DNA from: a virus
Lineage: Duplodnaviria; Heunggongvirae; Uroviricota; Caudoviricetes
DNA length: 34,109 bases
Virus record (IMG/VR): IMGVR_UViG_2913167280_000005
Location: 1 to 34,109 of that record
Direction: 5' to 3' (one strand)
The translations under genes were made by a program, and so were the position numbers. Below, piece after piece: positions 26,574-33,750 of this stretch. Under the pieces are notes generated by a model, which worked only from the letters and a program-made list of their open reading frames with translations, searched no databases and had not been told where the DNA came from. The number at the start of each line of letters is the position of its first letter. The stretch's first letter is position 1.

Positions 26574-27624
26574 AGTTCACCCCCATATAAGCCCGGATGA
26601 ATTCAGCCTCAGCCTGTGCGTTTATGGCGTTACCGTAACCCTTAAGGCGGCCTGTTCGGTTGCGGCCTGCCAGTGCTCGTAATGAGGACTTTCCGTGTCC
26701 CAGGCTTTTGGCAAACCTTGCAACCAACGGGAATGTGCCGGATTCAACTGGACGCCATTGCCCATCTCGACAAAAGAGCCAGTCCGCATCTCGCCAAAAA
26801 CCGTTAACCTCAAGGGGCCCGCTGTGTATGCCTGTCTCGGCAACTGATCCAGTCGCTCCTTTCCATCCCGCTGCGCTGTCATGCCAGATGTGTCCTTCCA
26901 GTCGCGAGTCGTTGGCGTTACCCATCCGGCTAGTAGTGCTGTGCCCGGTAGTTTCAGGCAGACTTTCGGTGACCCGTCCTGATTTCTCCCGCTGTAGCAA
27001 TGAGTCGAACCGGTTGAATCGTTCGCCATTGGTGTTTGCCATCCCGTTAACCGCGCCGCTCCGGAGACATGTTGCAGGCCGCGCTTCGTTTCCGGCTGCG
27101 GGTTTGTGTTCGCCACTGGCGTGGGCCACCCAGTAGGCCCGCTCTCTGATGTGCGGCGCACCGACGCCCGCTGCCGCAAACGGCACAAGCCCGAAGGCGT
27201 ATCCCAATCCTTCCAGGTCAGCTTGTACAAGGTCGAACCATGGGTTTGCGTTACCAGCTGCAACCTGTTCGCCAAAGACATGCTGAGGTCCGCACTCGCT
27301 GATGAGGTGGAAGAAGGCTGGCCATAAGTGCCGCTCGTCATCAAACCCATCTCCTTTACCTGCCGCGCTGAAAGGCTGGCACGGGGGGGAGCCTGTCCAT
27401 ACTGGTTTATCGTCAGGCCATCCGGCGAGGCGGAGGGAGTGAGACCAGACACCGATCCCGGCAAAAAAGTGGTGCTGAGTGAATTCTCGCAGGTCGTCAG
27501 GTGTGACATCTTCAATGCTCCTTTCGTCAACTTCACCGGGCGCTATGTGTCCGCCGGCGATTAGGTTACGCAGCCACTGAGCTGCAAACGGGTCAATTTC
27601 GTTGTAGTACGCGGCTGGGATCAT
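26563..27624 (-). CDS. DNA cytosine-5 methyltransferase (Dcm-type)
   Basis: C5-MTase motifs FAGIGV (motif I) and PPCQPFSAAGK (motif IV, catalytic PCQ); ATG at 27624 overlaps the upstream stop (track ORF extends to 27696). Confidence 0.85.
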   Translation of the reverse strand: MIPAAYYNEIDPFAAQWLRNLIAGGHIAPGEVDERSIEDVTPDDLREFTQHHFFAGIGVWSHSLRLAGWPDDKPVWTGSPPCQPFSAAGKGDGFDDERHLWPAFFHLISECGPQHVFGEQVAAGNANPWFDLVQADLEGLGYAFGLVPFAAAGVGAPHIRERAYWVAHASGEHKPAAGNEARPATCLRSGAVNGMANTNGERFNRFDSLLQREKSGRVTESLPETTGHSTTSRMGNANDSRLEGHIWHDSAAGWKGATGSVAETGIHSGPLEVNGFWRDADWLFCRDGQWRPVESGTFPLVARFAKSLGHGKSSLRALAGRNRTGRLKGYGNAINAQAEAEFIRAYMGVNYGK

Positions 27625-27815
27625 GCTGCTTCTCCCGCTGCTTTCATCAGAGCTTTGATTTCTGCCTGCCGACGGCGGTTTGTTTCCATCGTGCATTCGA
27701 CGCAGTGTCCGTTATATGTCCAGCGTTCGCTTTGATGTCCGTGTTTGCAGACCTTGCCAGTGTAGTAGCGCTTCAACCCGCTTTTAGCGGCATCATTGCG
27801 CGTAATAATCTCCAT
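27621..27815 (-). CDS. small zinc-ribbon protein (64 aa) directly downstream of the Cro-like gene
   Basis: CKHGH...HCVEC motif; AGAGG upstream of the ATG. Confidence 0.55.
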   Translation of the reverse strand: MEIITRNDAAKSGLKRYYTGKVCKHGHQSERWTYNGHCVECTMETNRRRQAEIKALMKAAGEAA

Positions 27816-27893
27816 CTTCGTAACCTCTTTGGATTGCGGTTACGGTGATTTTCAATCAGGAGCAAAAAAAGATCAACCGTATACGGATATTTA

Positions 27894-27908
27894 TTACCTG
27901 AGAGGTGT
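27894..27908. promoter_or_regulatory. operator-like half-degenerate dyad TTACCTGAGAGGTGT (site D) in a module near-identical to the one at 29032-29069
   Basis: TCAACC..ATACGGATATTTATTACCT matches TCAACC...ATACGGATAATTATTACCT at 29032-29059 with one indel, but has no TTGACA -35. Confidence 0.3.
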
Positions 27909-27962
27909 TAATAGAAGTGATTAGGCCGCCTGACGGCGGCACTGAGGTGGTTCAGAGGGTGT

Positions 27963-28193
27963 TCAGGAGTAGAAGAATACGGCGAGCTCTGGTTTTGTTC
28001 TTACCCAGCCACGGGATTTGCATGCTTTAAAAAGCCCATTCATCAATGCCTTACCAGGCATTTTACGCTTCCCGGTCAAGTGCGTCTGGATGTAGTGAGC
28101 GGTGGTTTCTGCCTCATCTGCAAACGCTTTCCTTTCGTCAGGCGTGAGCTGGAGCCAGTGTTTTTTGAAATCGAATGGGATGTTGTCACTCAT
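27963..28193 (-). CDS. Cro-like early regulator (76 aa), assigned by position only
   Basis: Transcribed divergently from the repressor gene with operator dyads between them; no clear HTH recognised. Confidence 0.45.
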   Translation of the reverse strand: MSDNIPFDFKKHWLQLTPDERKAFADEAETTAHYIQTHLTGKRKMPGKALMNGLFKACKSRGWVRTKPELAVFFYS

Positions 28194-28260
28194 TTCTATT
28201 GCCTGATATTAATTTCAGATAACCAATATTCACCCATAAGGTAACAAAAAGCAAGGTTCG

Positions 28261-28292
28261 TTACCTGTACGGTGCATTTACCTGTGGGGTAA
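28261..28292. promoter_or_regulatory. rightward operator region: two dyads (TTACCTGTACGGTGC and TTACCTGTGGGGTAA) between the Cro-like and repressor genes
   Basis: Read directly; centres 17 bp apart in the 153-bp divergent intergenic region. Confidence 0.5.
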
Positions 28293-28346
28293 TATCGATT
28301 TTAATTGGCTCATAAATGATTCACTTACGAGACTAATCACCAGAGC

Positions 28347-28934
28347 ATGAAAAGTATCCACGATATTCGCCGCAAGAACCTCATCGATTTAATCGAACGC
28401 GATTTTAACGGTGTGCAAACGCGCCTGGCGGAGCGCCTGGATACTCAGCCTAATCTGGTAAACCGCTGGGCTCGTGGCACTAAAATCATCGGCGACCAGT
28501 CTGCACGTAAAATTGATATGGCAGCCAACAAGCCGACAAACTGGCTCGACACAGATCATGAACTTGTTTCTGTATCGGAATTCCAGCCGGTTGGCCCGAG
28601 TGATATCGGATTGCTGGCAGCTGAGAACCTGGCGCGCTGGATGCGTGAAAGTCGCGACCTGTCTACCCAGGGTAAGCTATCACGGGCATCAGGTGTGGCG
28701 CAGTCAACGCTGAACAGAATGCTCAACAATGAAGCCAGCATCACCCTTGCCACCCTGGAAGCCATCGCTGCCCCGTTCGGTCGCCGCGGTTATGAGTTGC
28801 TCATCCATCCGAAAGACCCCGCAGGAATCAGATACGACAGAACGAAGTACGCATCGTTACCTGAAAGCGAGAAAAGTAAGATTGAAAGTTTCATTGATTT
28901 TGTGATTACTCAGCACGCAAACAACCAGCTATAA
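28347..28934 (+). CDS. prophage repressor with two HTH (XRE-type) motifs, no S24 peptidase domain
   Basis: GVQTRLAERLDTQPNLVNRWARG and LSRASGVAQSTLNRMLNNE look like HTH segments; divergent from the Cro-like gene and followed by a strong terminator. Confidence 0.7.
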   Translation: MKSIHDIRRKNLIDLIERDFNGVQTRLAERLDTQPNLVNRWARGTKIIGDQSARKIDMAANKPTNWLDTDHELVSVSEFQPVGPSDIGLLAAENLARWMRESRDLSTQGKLSRASGVAQSTLNRMLNNEASITLATLEAIAAPFGRRGYELLIHPKDPAGIRYDRTKYASLPESEKSKIESFIDFVITQHANNQL

Positions 28935-28944
28935 CATACTGAAT

Positions 28945-28968
28945 TCTCAGACATAAGCCGCCATTGAG
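28945..28968 (+). terminator. intrinsic terminator (AAGCCGC-6 nt-GCGGCTT plus T tract) after the repressor gene
   Basis: Hairpin and TTTTTT read directly, 11 nt after the stop codon. Confidence 0.75.
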
Positions 28969-28991
28969 CGGCTTTTTTATCGCCCAAATCA

Positions 28992-29069
28992 TTACCCAAT
29001 GGGTAATTTTTTATCATCATATCTATTGACATCAACCCACATACGGATAATTATTACCTCAACGGTAAC
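28992..29069 (+). promoter_or_regulatory. leftward-operon promoter/operator: dyad ATTACCCAATGGGTAAT, -35 TTGACA (29026-29031), dyad ATTACCTCAACGGTAAC (29053-29069)
   Basis: Two dyads flank a consensus -35 hexamer; the second covers the -10/+1 region; the first ORF of the plus-strand operon follows at 29088. Confidence 0.5.
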
Positions 29070-29087
29070 AAGCCGAGGTAAAGAATC

Positions 29088-29237
29088 ATGCAGTGGAAGA
29101 TCATCAATGGTTGGTACTGCGTTACGGCGTGCGGGCTCATGAGCTGGAAGTTCCCGACGCTTGGTGAAGCAATCGAGTGGGCATTCGTCAGCAAGCTGGC
29201 GGTGAAAACAGAAATGGATATGGGGGTAACAAAGTGA
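29088..29237 (+). CDS. small hypothetical protein (49 aa), first ORF of the early-left operon; not in the ORF track
   Basis: ATG with GAGGTAAAG upstream; its stop overlaps a GTG start of the next gene (GTGA). Confidence 0.35.
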   Translation: MQWKIINGWYCVTACGLMSWKFPTLGEAIEWAFVSKLAVKTEMDMGVTK

Positions 29238-30193
29238 CTGATTTAGCAATTATCGAAATCGCACCAGATCTGGCACCAACTCTTTATGTTGAAAACGGAC
29301 TGGAATCCTTTCTTGAGCAAATCCGTGAAGCCGTAAAAGAAGTTCCTGACCTGAGCACAGCGAAAGGCCGGGCGCGCGTTGCTTCACTGGCTGCCCAGGT
29401 TTCACGCAGTAAAACTGCTGTCGAAAAGCCAGGTCGTGATTACCTGAAGCGCCTCAAGGAACAGCCGAAAGTGGTTGAGGCCGAGCTTCGCCGCTTCGTG
29501 ACTGAATGCGACAACCTTCGTGATGAAGTCCGTCGCCCTCTCACAGAATGGGAAGAAGAGCAGGAACGCATCAAAGCTGAGGAAGAGGCGAAGAAGAAGG
29601 CCGAAGAGTTGGCGGCAAAAGTCGAAGCCGACCACGAAATGGCACTGCTGATGAACGCCAATCACGACCGCGAAGTCGCTGAGAAAAAAGCAGAAGCAGA
29701 TCGCCAGCGCATTGCTCACGAAGAAGAGCTTAAGCGCCAGGCAACTGAGCAGGCAAAACGCGACGCAGAACGGAAGGCAGCGGCAGAACTGGCCGCAGCG
29801 CAAAAGCGAGAAGCTGATGCTATTGCTGCGAAGGCGCAGGCCGAGTTACTGGCGAAACAGGCAGCAGAACGTGCAGAGCAGGATCGCCTTAACGCAATCG
29901 CAAAAGCTGAAGCCGATGCGAAAGCGGCAGCGGAGAAAGCTGAAAAGGATAAGCAGGATGCGATCGAAGCAGAACGCATGAAGGCTAAACAGGCAGAAGA
30001 AGCACGCCTTGCAGAGCAGAAGCGAATCGCTGATGAAGAAGCGCGCCGCGCAGCTGACATTGAGCACCGTCGTGCAATCAATAGACAGGTAATTGCAGAT
30101 CTGGTTTCTGCCGGATTGCCAGAAGAGTTTGCCACCGAAGCTCTGAAAGCTATCGCCAGCGGAAAAGTCAGCAACACCATGATCAAGTACTGA
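29234..30193 (+). CDS. long coiled-coil protein (Ala/Glu/Lys/Arg-rich, about 319 aa)
   Basis: Highly charged heptad-like repeats (AEKAAAE, KAEADAKAAAEKAEKDKQ); start uncertain (GTG 29234 coupled to the small ORF, or the track GTG at 29177). Confidence 0.55.
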   Translation: MTDLAIIEIAPDLAPTLYVENGLESFLEQIREAVKEVPDLSTAKGRARVASLAAQVSRSKTAVEKPGRDYLKRLKEQPKVVEAELRRFVTECDNLRDEVRRPLTEWEEEQERIKAEEEAKKKAEELAAKVEADHEMALLMNANHDREVAEKKAEADRQRIAHEEELKRQATEQAKRDAERKAAAELAAAQKREADAIAAKAQAELLAKQAAERAEQDRLNAIAKAEADAKAAAEKAEKDKQDAIEAERMKAKQAEEARLAEQKRIADEEARRAADIEHRRAINRQVIADLVSAGLPEEFATEALKAIASGKVSNTMIKY

Positions 30194-30200
30194 GGTGACT

Positions 30201-30500
30201 ATGCACATTCAGCAATTCAACAACCTGAAAAAAATCGTCGCGTTGTTCGAGTCAGATTTTAAGTTGTCATCGCAGGTGTACGACCGCCACGTCGAACTGA
30301 TCGACGCGGTGAGCGGTATTGAAATGGACCCAGCATTCGAGCGCGCCCTGATTCGTACCGGTGTTCGTCCTGAAATTCTGGAAGCAGCGAAGGAGAGCGT
30401 CGAGTACGAAGATCTATTCGCCAGTTTCATCAGCGAACTGACCAGCGTCGTGGCGAAACTGGACGTGGCTGACCAGGTAGACAGTGCGAGGGCAGCATGA
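30201..30500 (+). CDS. hypothetical protein (about 99 aa)
   Basis: ATG at 30201 with GAGG upstream (track start is a GTG at 30195); stop overlaps the next start. Confidence 0.5.
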   Translation: MHIQQFNNLKKIVALFESDFKLSSQVYDRHVELIDAVSGIEMDPAFERALIRTGVRPEILEAAKESVEYEDLFASFISELTSVVAKLDVADQVDSARAA

Positions 30501-30730
30501 GTAATCAAGATATTTTGACTGTCCATCCAACTACTGAAGCGAACTGGACTAACGAGAACGTCAGAACCGAAGGATTGCTCATTCGCGACTACTTCGCAGC
30601 AAAGGCTATGCAAGGGATGCTGTCTAACCCTGGCATGTGGGACCTCATCAATGAAAAGAACGCACAGGTAGTGGCAATAGATGCATACCTGGTGGCCGAT
30701 GCAATGCTGAAAGCTCGGGAGGGTCAATGA
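30497..30730 (+). CDS. hypothetical protein (77 aa)
   Basis: ATGA overlaps on both sides within the recombination module. Confidence 0.5.
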   Translation: MSNQDILTVHPTTEANWTNENVRTEGLLIRDYFAAKAMQGMLSNPGMWDLINEKNAQVVAIDAYLVADAMLKAREGQ

Positions 30731-31548
30731 CACCTGGCATCTACTTCGACATCAGCAATGCTGACTACCACGCCGGGGACGGCGTGAGTAAGTCTCAGCT
30801 CGATATGGTCGCCAAAAACCCTTCGCTGCTCCAGTGGGTGAAAGCAGCGCCAGAGGACGAAGAGAAAAAATCCGCGCTGGACATGGGAACAGCGCTGCAC
30901 TGCCTGCTGCTTGAGCCTGGCGAGTTCGATAAACGTTTCATCGTAGCGCCAGAGTTCAACCGCCGTACCAATGACGGAAAGGCCGCTGAGAAATCATTCC
31001 TCGAAAGCGTCGCGGATCTAGGCATGACGGTGATGACTGCTGACGAAGGCCGCCGCCTGAAGTTGATGCGTGAAAGTGCCCTGGCTCACCCAGCGGCACG
31101 CTGGATGCTTGAAGCTCCAGGCCACTGCGAAGCGTCGATGTACTGGAACGGCGAGGCCACTGGCGAATTGTGTCGCATCCGCCCAGACAAGTGGCTGAAC
31201 GATCACAACGTGATCGTCGACGTGAAAAAGGTAGCCGACATGGAACGGTTCGCCAGACACATTGAAGAGTTCCGCTACCACGTTCAGGACGCGTTTTATA
31301 GAGAAGGTGCGCTGCGCACCACCGGGGAACCACACGGATTCTTCTTCCTGGCTGTCAGCGAAACAATCGACTGCGGTCGCTACCCGGTGCGCGTGTTCCA
31401 ACTCGACGAAGAAGACGTTAACACCGGGCACTCATTGTTCCGCCGGGATCTGAATACCTATCACGAATGCCGAGTTAATAACGACTGGGGCGGCGTGGAG
31501 ATAATTAAACGCCCTGCGTGGGCACGCAAACAGGATATGTACATATGA
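30727..31548 (+). CDS. PD-(D/E)xK exonuclease (RecE C-terminal-domain-like)
   Basis: N-terminal YFDISNADYHAGDGVSKSQL and a later IVDVKKV (D-x-K) block, recalled as typical of RecE-like phage exonucleases; immediately upstream of the annealase. Confidence 0.7.
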   Translation: MTPGIYFDISNADYHAGDGVSKSQLDMVAKNPSLLQWVKAAPEDEEKKSALDMGTALHCLLLEPGEFDKRFIVAPEFNRRTNDGKAAEKSFLESVADLGMTVMTADEGRRLKLMRESALAHPAARWMLEAPGHCEASMYWNGEATGELCRIRPDKWLNDHNVIVDVKKVADMERFARHIEEFRYHVQDAFYREGALRTTGEPHGFFFLAVSETIDCGRYPVRVFQLDEEDVNTGHSLFRRDLNTYHECRVNNDWGGVEIIKRPAWARKQDMYI

Positions 31549-32396
31549 GCAACGACATCGCAATCACCTCACAGCCTGGCGCTACTGTCGGAACCGCTGC
31601 CGCAATTTTCAGCCAGGAAGGTATGAATCAACTGGTGCGTTTCGCCGACTTGATGGCGCAAAGCAAAGCCACTGTTCCGGCGCACCTTGCCGGGAAGCCT
31701 GCCGATTGTTTGGCCGTTACCATGCAGGCTGCACAGTGGGGCATGAACCCGTTCGCCGTGGCGCAGAAAACGCATGTGGTAAATGGACAACTTGGTTACG
31801 AGGCTCAACTTGTTAACGCTGTTGTCCAGCAATCTGGCGCAATCAAAGGGAGATTTCACTACGAATACAAAGGCGAAGGAGCAGCACTTGAGTGTCGCGT
31901 AGGAGCAATAATTCGTGGTGAACAGGATATAACCTGGAATGAATGGCTGTGCATATCCAGCATAACAACAAAAAATTCTCCTCTATGGAAAACAAACCCA
32001 AAACAACAGATCGGATACCTTCAAGTAAAAAACTGGGCCAGAGCTCATACCCCTGGGGCAATTCTTGGTGTTTACACGCCTGATGAACTACAGGAAACAG
32101 CTCCACGCGCTGAGCGTGACATCACTCCACCAGCAGGCACTGCCGCAGGGATTAACAACCTGATTAACTCCAAACCTGAGCAGCAGGAAGAGCGCAGCAA
32201 GAATACCGACGAACGGGAACCCGATGAAATCCTGTCAGCGTTCACCGATGCAGCCATGACCTACAACACCGTTAAGGATCTGGACAAGGCCTACACGTAC
32301 GTTGCCAAAAAACTGGCAAACGACGATGAGCGCCTGGCGAAGGCCACCGACGTTTACACCATCCGTCGCGATGAGTTGAACGAAATCCCGGTTTAA
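31545..32396 (+). CDS. single-strand annealing protein (RecT/Bet family)
   Basis: QWGMNPF block resembles the lambda Bet QYGLNPW region; ATG at 31545 overlaps the exonuclease stop (track start is an upstream GTG at 31518). Confidence 0.7.
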   Translation: MSNDIAITSQPGATVGTAAAIFSQEGMNQLVRFADLMAQSKATVPAHLAGKPADCLAVTMQAAQWGMNPFAVAQKTHVVNGQLGYEAQLVNAVVQQSGAIKGRFHYEYKGEGAALECRVGAIIRGEQDITWNEWLCISSITTKNSPLWKTNPKQQIGYLQVKNWARAHTPGAILGVYTPDELQETAPRAERDITPPAGTAAGINNLINSKPEQQEERSKNTDEREPDEILSAFTDAAMTYNTVKDLDKAYTYVAKKLANDDERLAKATDVYTIRRDELNEIPV

Positions 32397-32449
32397 CGAT
32401 CACCACCGCGGCGCGAGAAGCGCCGCACATGCAACCAAGTGAGGAATTT

Positions 32450-32698
32450 ATGAAAGGTGCATTCGACAAAAAGAAATTGCTGGCGGTGGTGCCATTGTCA
32501 TGGAGCACAATCGATCGGCTTGAGCAGGCAGGTGAATTTCCTAAGCGCTGGTATATCACCGATAAGCGCTGCGCGTGGACTCAGGAAGAGGTAGAGAAGT
32601 GGCTGGATGAGCGCAAGGCAAATAGCCCTGATGAATTTCAAGGAAAGAAGCCCCCGGTTGAACTTCGAAAATATCGCCCGGTGAGTAGCGCCGCATGA
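32450..32698 (+). CDS. AlpA-like excisionase/transcriptional regulator (about 82 aa)
   Basis: LLAVVPLSWSTIDRLEQAGEFPKRWYITDKRCAWTQEEVEKWL fits the AlpA pattern; GAGG 5 nt upstream of the ATG at 32450 (track start at 32429). Confidence 0.65.
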   Translation: MKGAFDKKKLLAVVPLSWSTIDRLEQAGEFPKRWYITDKRCAWTQEEVEKWLDERKANSPDEFQGKKPPVELRKYRPVSSAA

Positions 32699-32811
32699 CT
32701 GCGCTCACGCGGCACTTCGATAAATGGTCAGGCTGGTATTGGTGCCTGGCCGCAATCAGCGCCTGGCTGTTCCTGCTGGCGCTAATCGCAAGAGAGGGCT
32801 GGATACGATGA
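32695..32811 (+). CDS. 38-aa single-TM hydrophobic peptide, overlapping both neighbouring genes; not in the ORF track
   Basis: Translated by hand as MTALTRHFDKWSGWYWCLAAISAWLFLLALIAREGWIR; start overlaps the AlpA-like stop (ATGA) and stop overlaps the next ATG. Confidence 0.35.
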   Translation: MTALTRHFDKWSGWYWCLAAISAWLFLLALIAREGWIR

Positions 32812-33113
32812 AAAGCATTTCAAGAGCGGAGCGTTATCGCAATGATTATGTGCCGCTTCGCCGCTGTGAGAAGGTTGTGGCGGTCACTGCTGAAGCAATG
32901 GAGATAGAGAGCCGCGCAGTAGAACGTGAAAAACGTGGGCAGTATCGCATTGCCGCCCGTCTTTGGCTGGAATGTATGGACGCGGCACAGGGTGAAGTTG
33001 AGCGCGCCCGTATCGCAGTACGTCGAACTCAATGCATTGCGCGGGGAAATGGCCTGCGCCGAGGCGAGTATTCTGGAATTAGTGCAGGTTGTAATGGGGT
33101 GGTTTATGACTAA
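32808..33113 (+). CDS. PerC-like small transcriptional regulator (about 101 aa)
   Basis: AEAMEIESRAVEREKRGQYRIAARLW resembles the conserved PerC-family core (recalled); ATG at 32808 with GAGAGGG upstream (track ORF starts at 32724). Confidence 0.45.
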   Translation: MKSISRAERYRNDYVPLRRCEKVVAVTAEAMEIESRAVEREKRGQYRIAARLWLECMDAAQGEVERARIAVRRTQCIARGNGLRRGEYSGISAGCNGVVYD

Positions 33114-33750
33114 GTACACGCTAATCTACGCAGATCCGCCTTGGGTTTACCGTGACAAAGCTGCCGACGGAAGCCGCGGGGCCGGGTTCAAATACCCGGT
33201 AATGAACGTCATGGATATATGCCGCCTGCCAGTATGGGATCTGGCCGCCGACGATTGCCTTCTGGCGATGTGGTGGGTGCCGACTCAACCGGTCGAAGCG
33301 CTGAAGGTTGTCGAGGCATGGGGATTCAGGCTGATGACCATGAAGGGCTTCACCTGGCACAAAACGAATAAGCACAAAGGCAACAGCGCGATAGGAATGG
33401 GCCACATGACCCGGGCGAACAGCGAAGACTGTCTGTTTGCCGTTCGAGGAAAACTACCGGCGCGCATGGATGCCTCGATATGCCAGCACATCACGGCACC
33501 GCGGATGGAGAACTCGCGCAAGCCGGATCTCATTCGCGAAAAACTGGTGCAGTTGCTTGGCGATGTACCAAGGATCGAGCTTTTCGCCCGCCAGTCGTCG
33601 CATGGCTTCGACGTATGGGGCAATCAGTGCGAAGGCCCGGCGGTGAAGTTGCAACCAGGATATGCGCTTGATATCGCTGGATTGACGCAGGCATTAAAAA
33701 ACACTCCGCTATCACCATCAGATAAGCAGGGCCAGGAGCGTGCAGCATGA
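33106..33750 (+). CDS. MT-A70-family DNA N6-adenine methyltransferase
   Basis: IYADPPW catalytic motif near the N-terminus; ATG at 33106 (an alternative ATG at 33094 is in frame; track start at 32926). Confidence 0.85.
   Translation: MTKYTLIYADPPWVYRDKAADGSRGAGFKYPVMNVMDICRLPVWDLAADDCLLAMWWVPTQPVEALKVVEAWGFRLMTMKGFTWHKTNKHKGNSAIGMGHMTRANSEDCLFAVRGKLPARMDASICQHITAPRMENSRKPDLIREKLVQLLGDVPRIELFARQSSHGFDVWGNQCEGPAVKLQPGYALDIAGLTQALKNTPLSPSDKQGQERAA

Noticed and set aside
26622-27536. 304-aa ORF in an alternative frame on the same strand inside the Dcm methyltransferase gene
   Set aside because: The C5-methyltransferase motifs (FAGIGV, PPCQPF) are in the other frame; the overlapping ORF is Ser/Thr/Gln-rich with no start signal, and is most likely a GC-composition artefact.
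29402-30208. Three antisense ORFs (133, 156 and 120 aa) inside the coiled-coil protein gene
   Set aside because: They are mirror images of the Ala/Glu/Lys repeat region and give Ala/Ser/Cys/Phe-rich low-complexity translations; the sense frame is the one with coupled starts and stops.
32407-32427. GC hairpin (GCGGCGC-GAGAA-GCGCCGC) after the annealase gene as a terminator
   Set aside because: No U tract follows and the AlpA-like gene continues the same operon; at most an RNA-stabilising stem.
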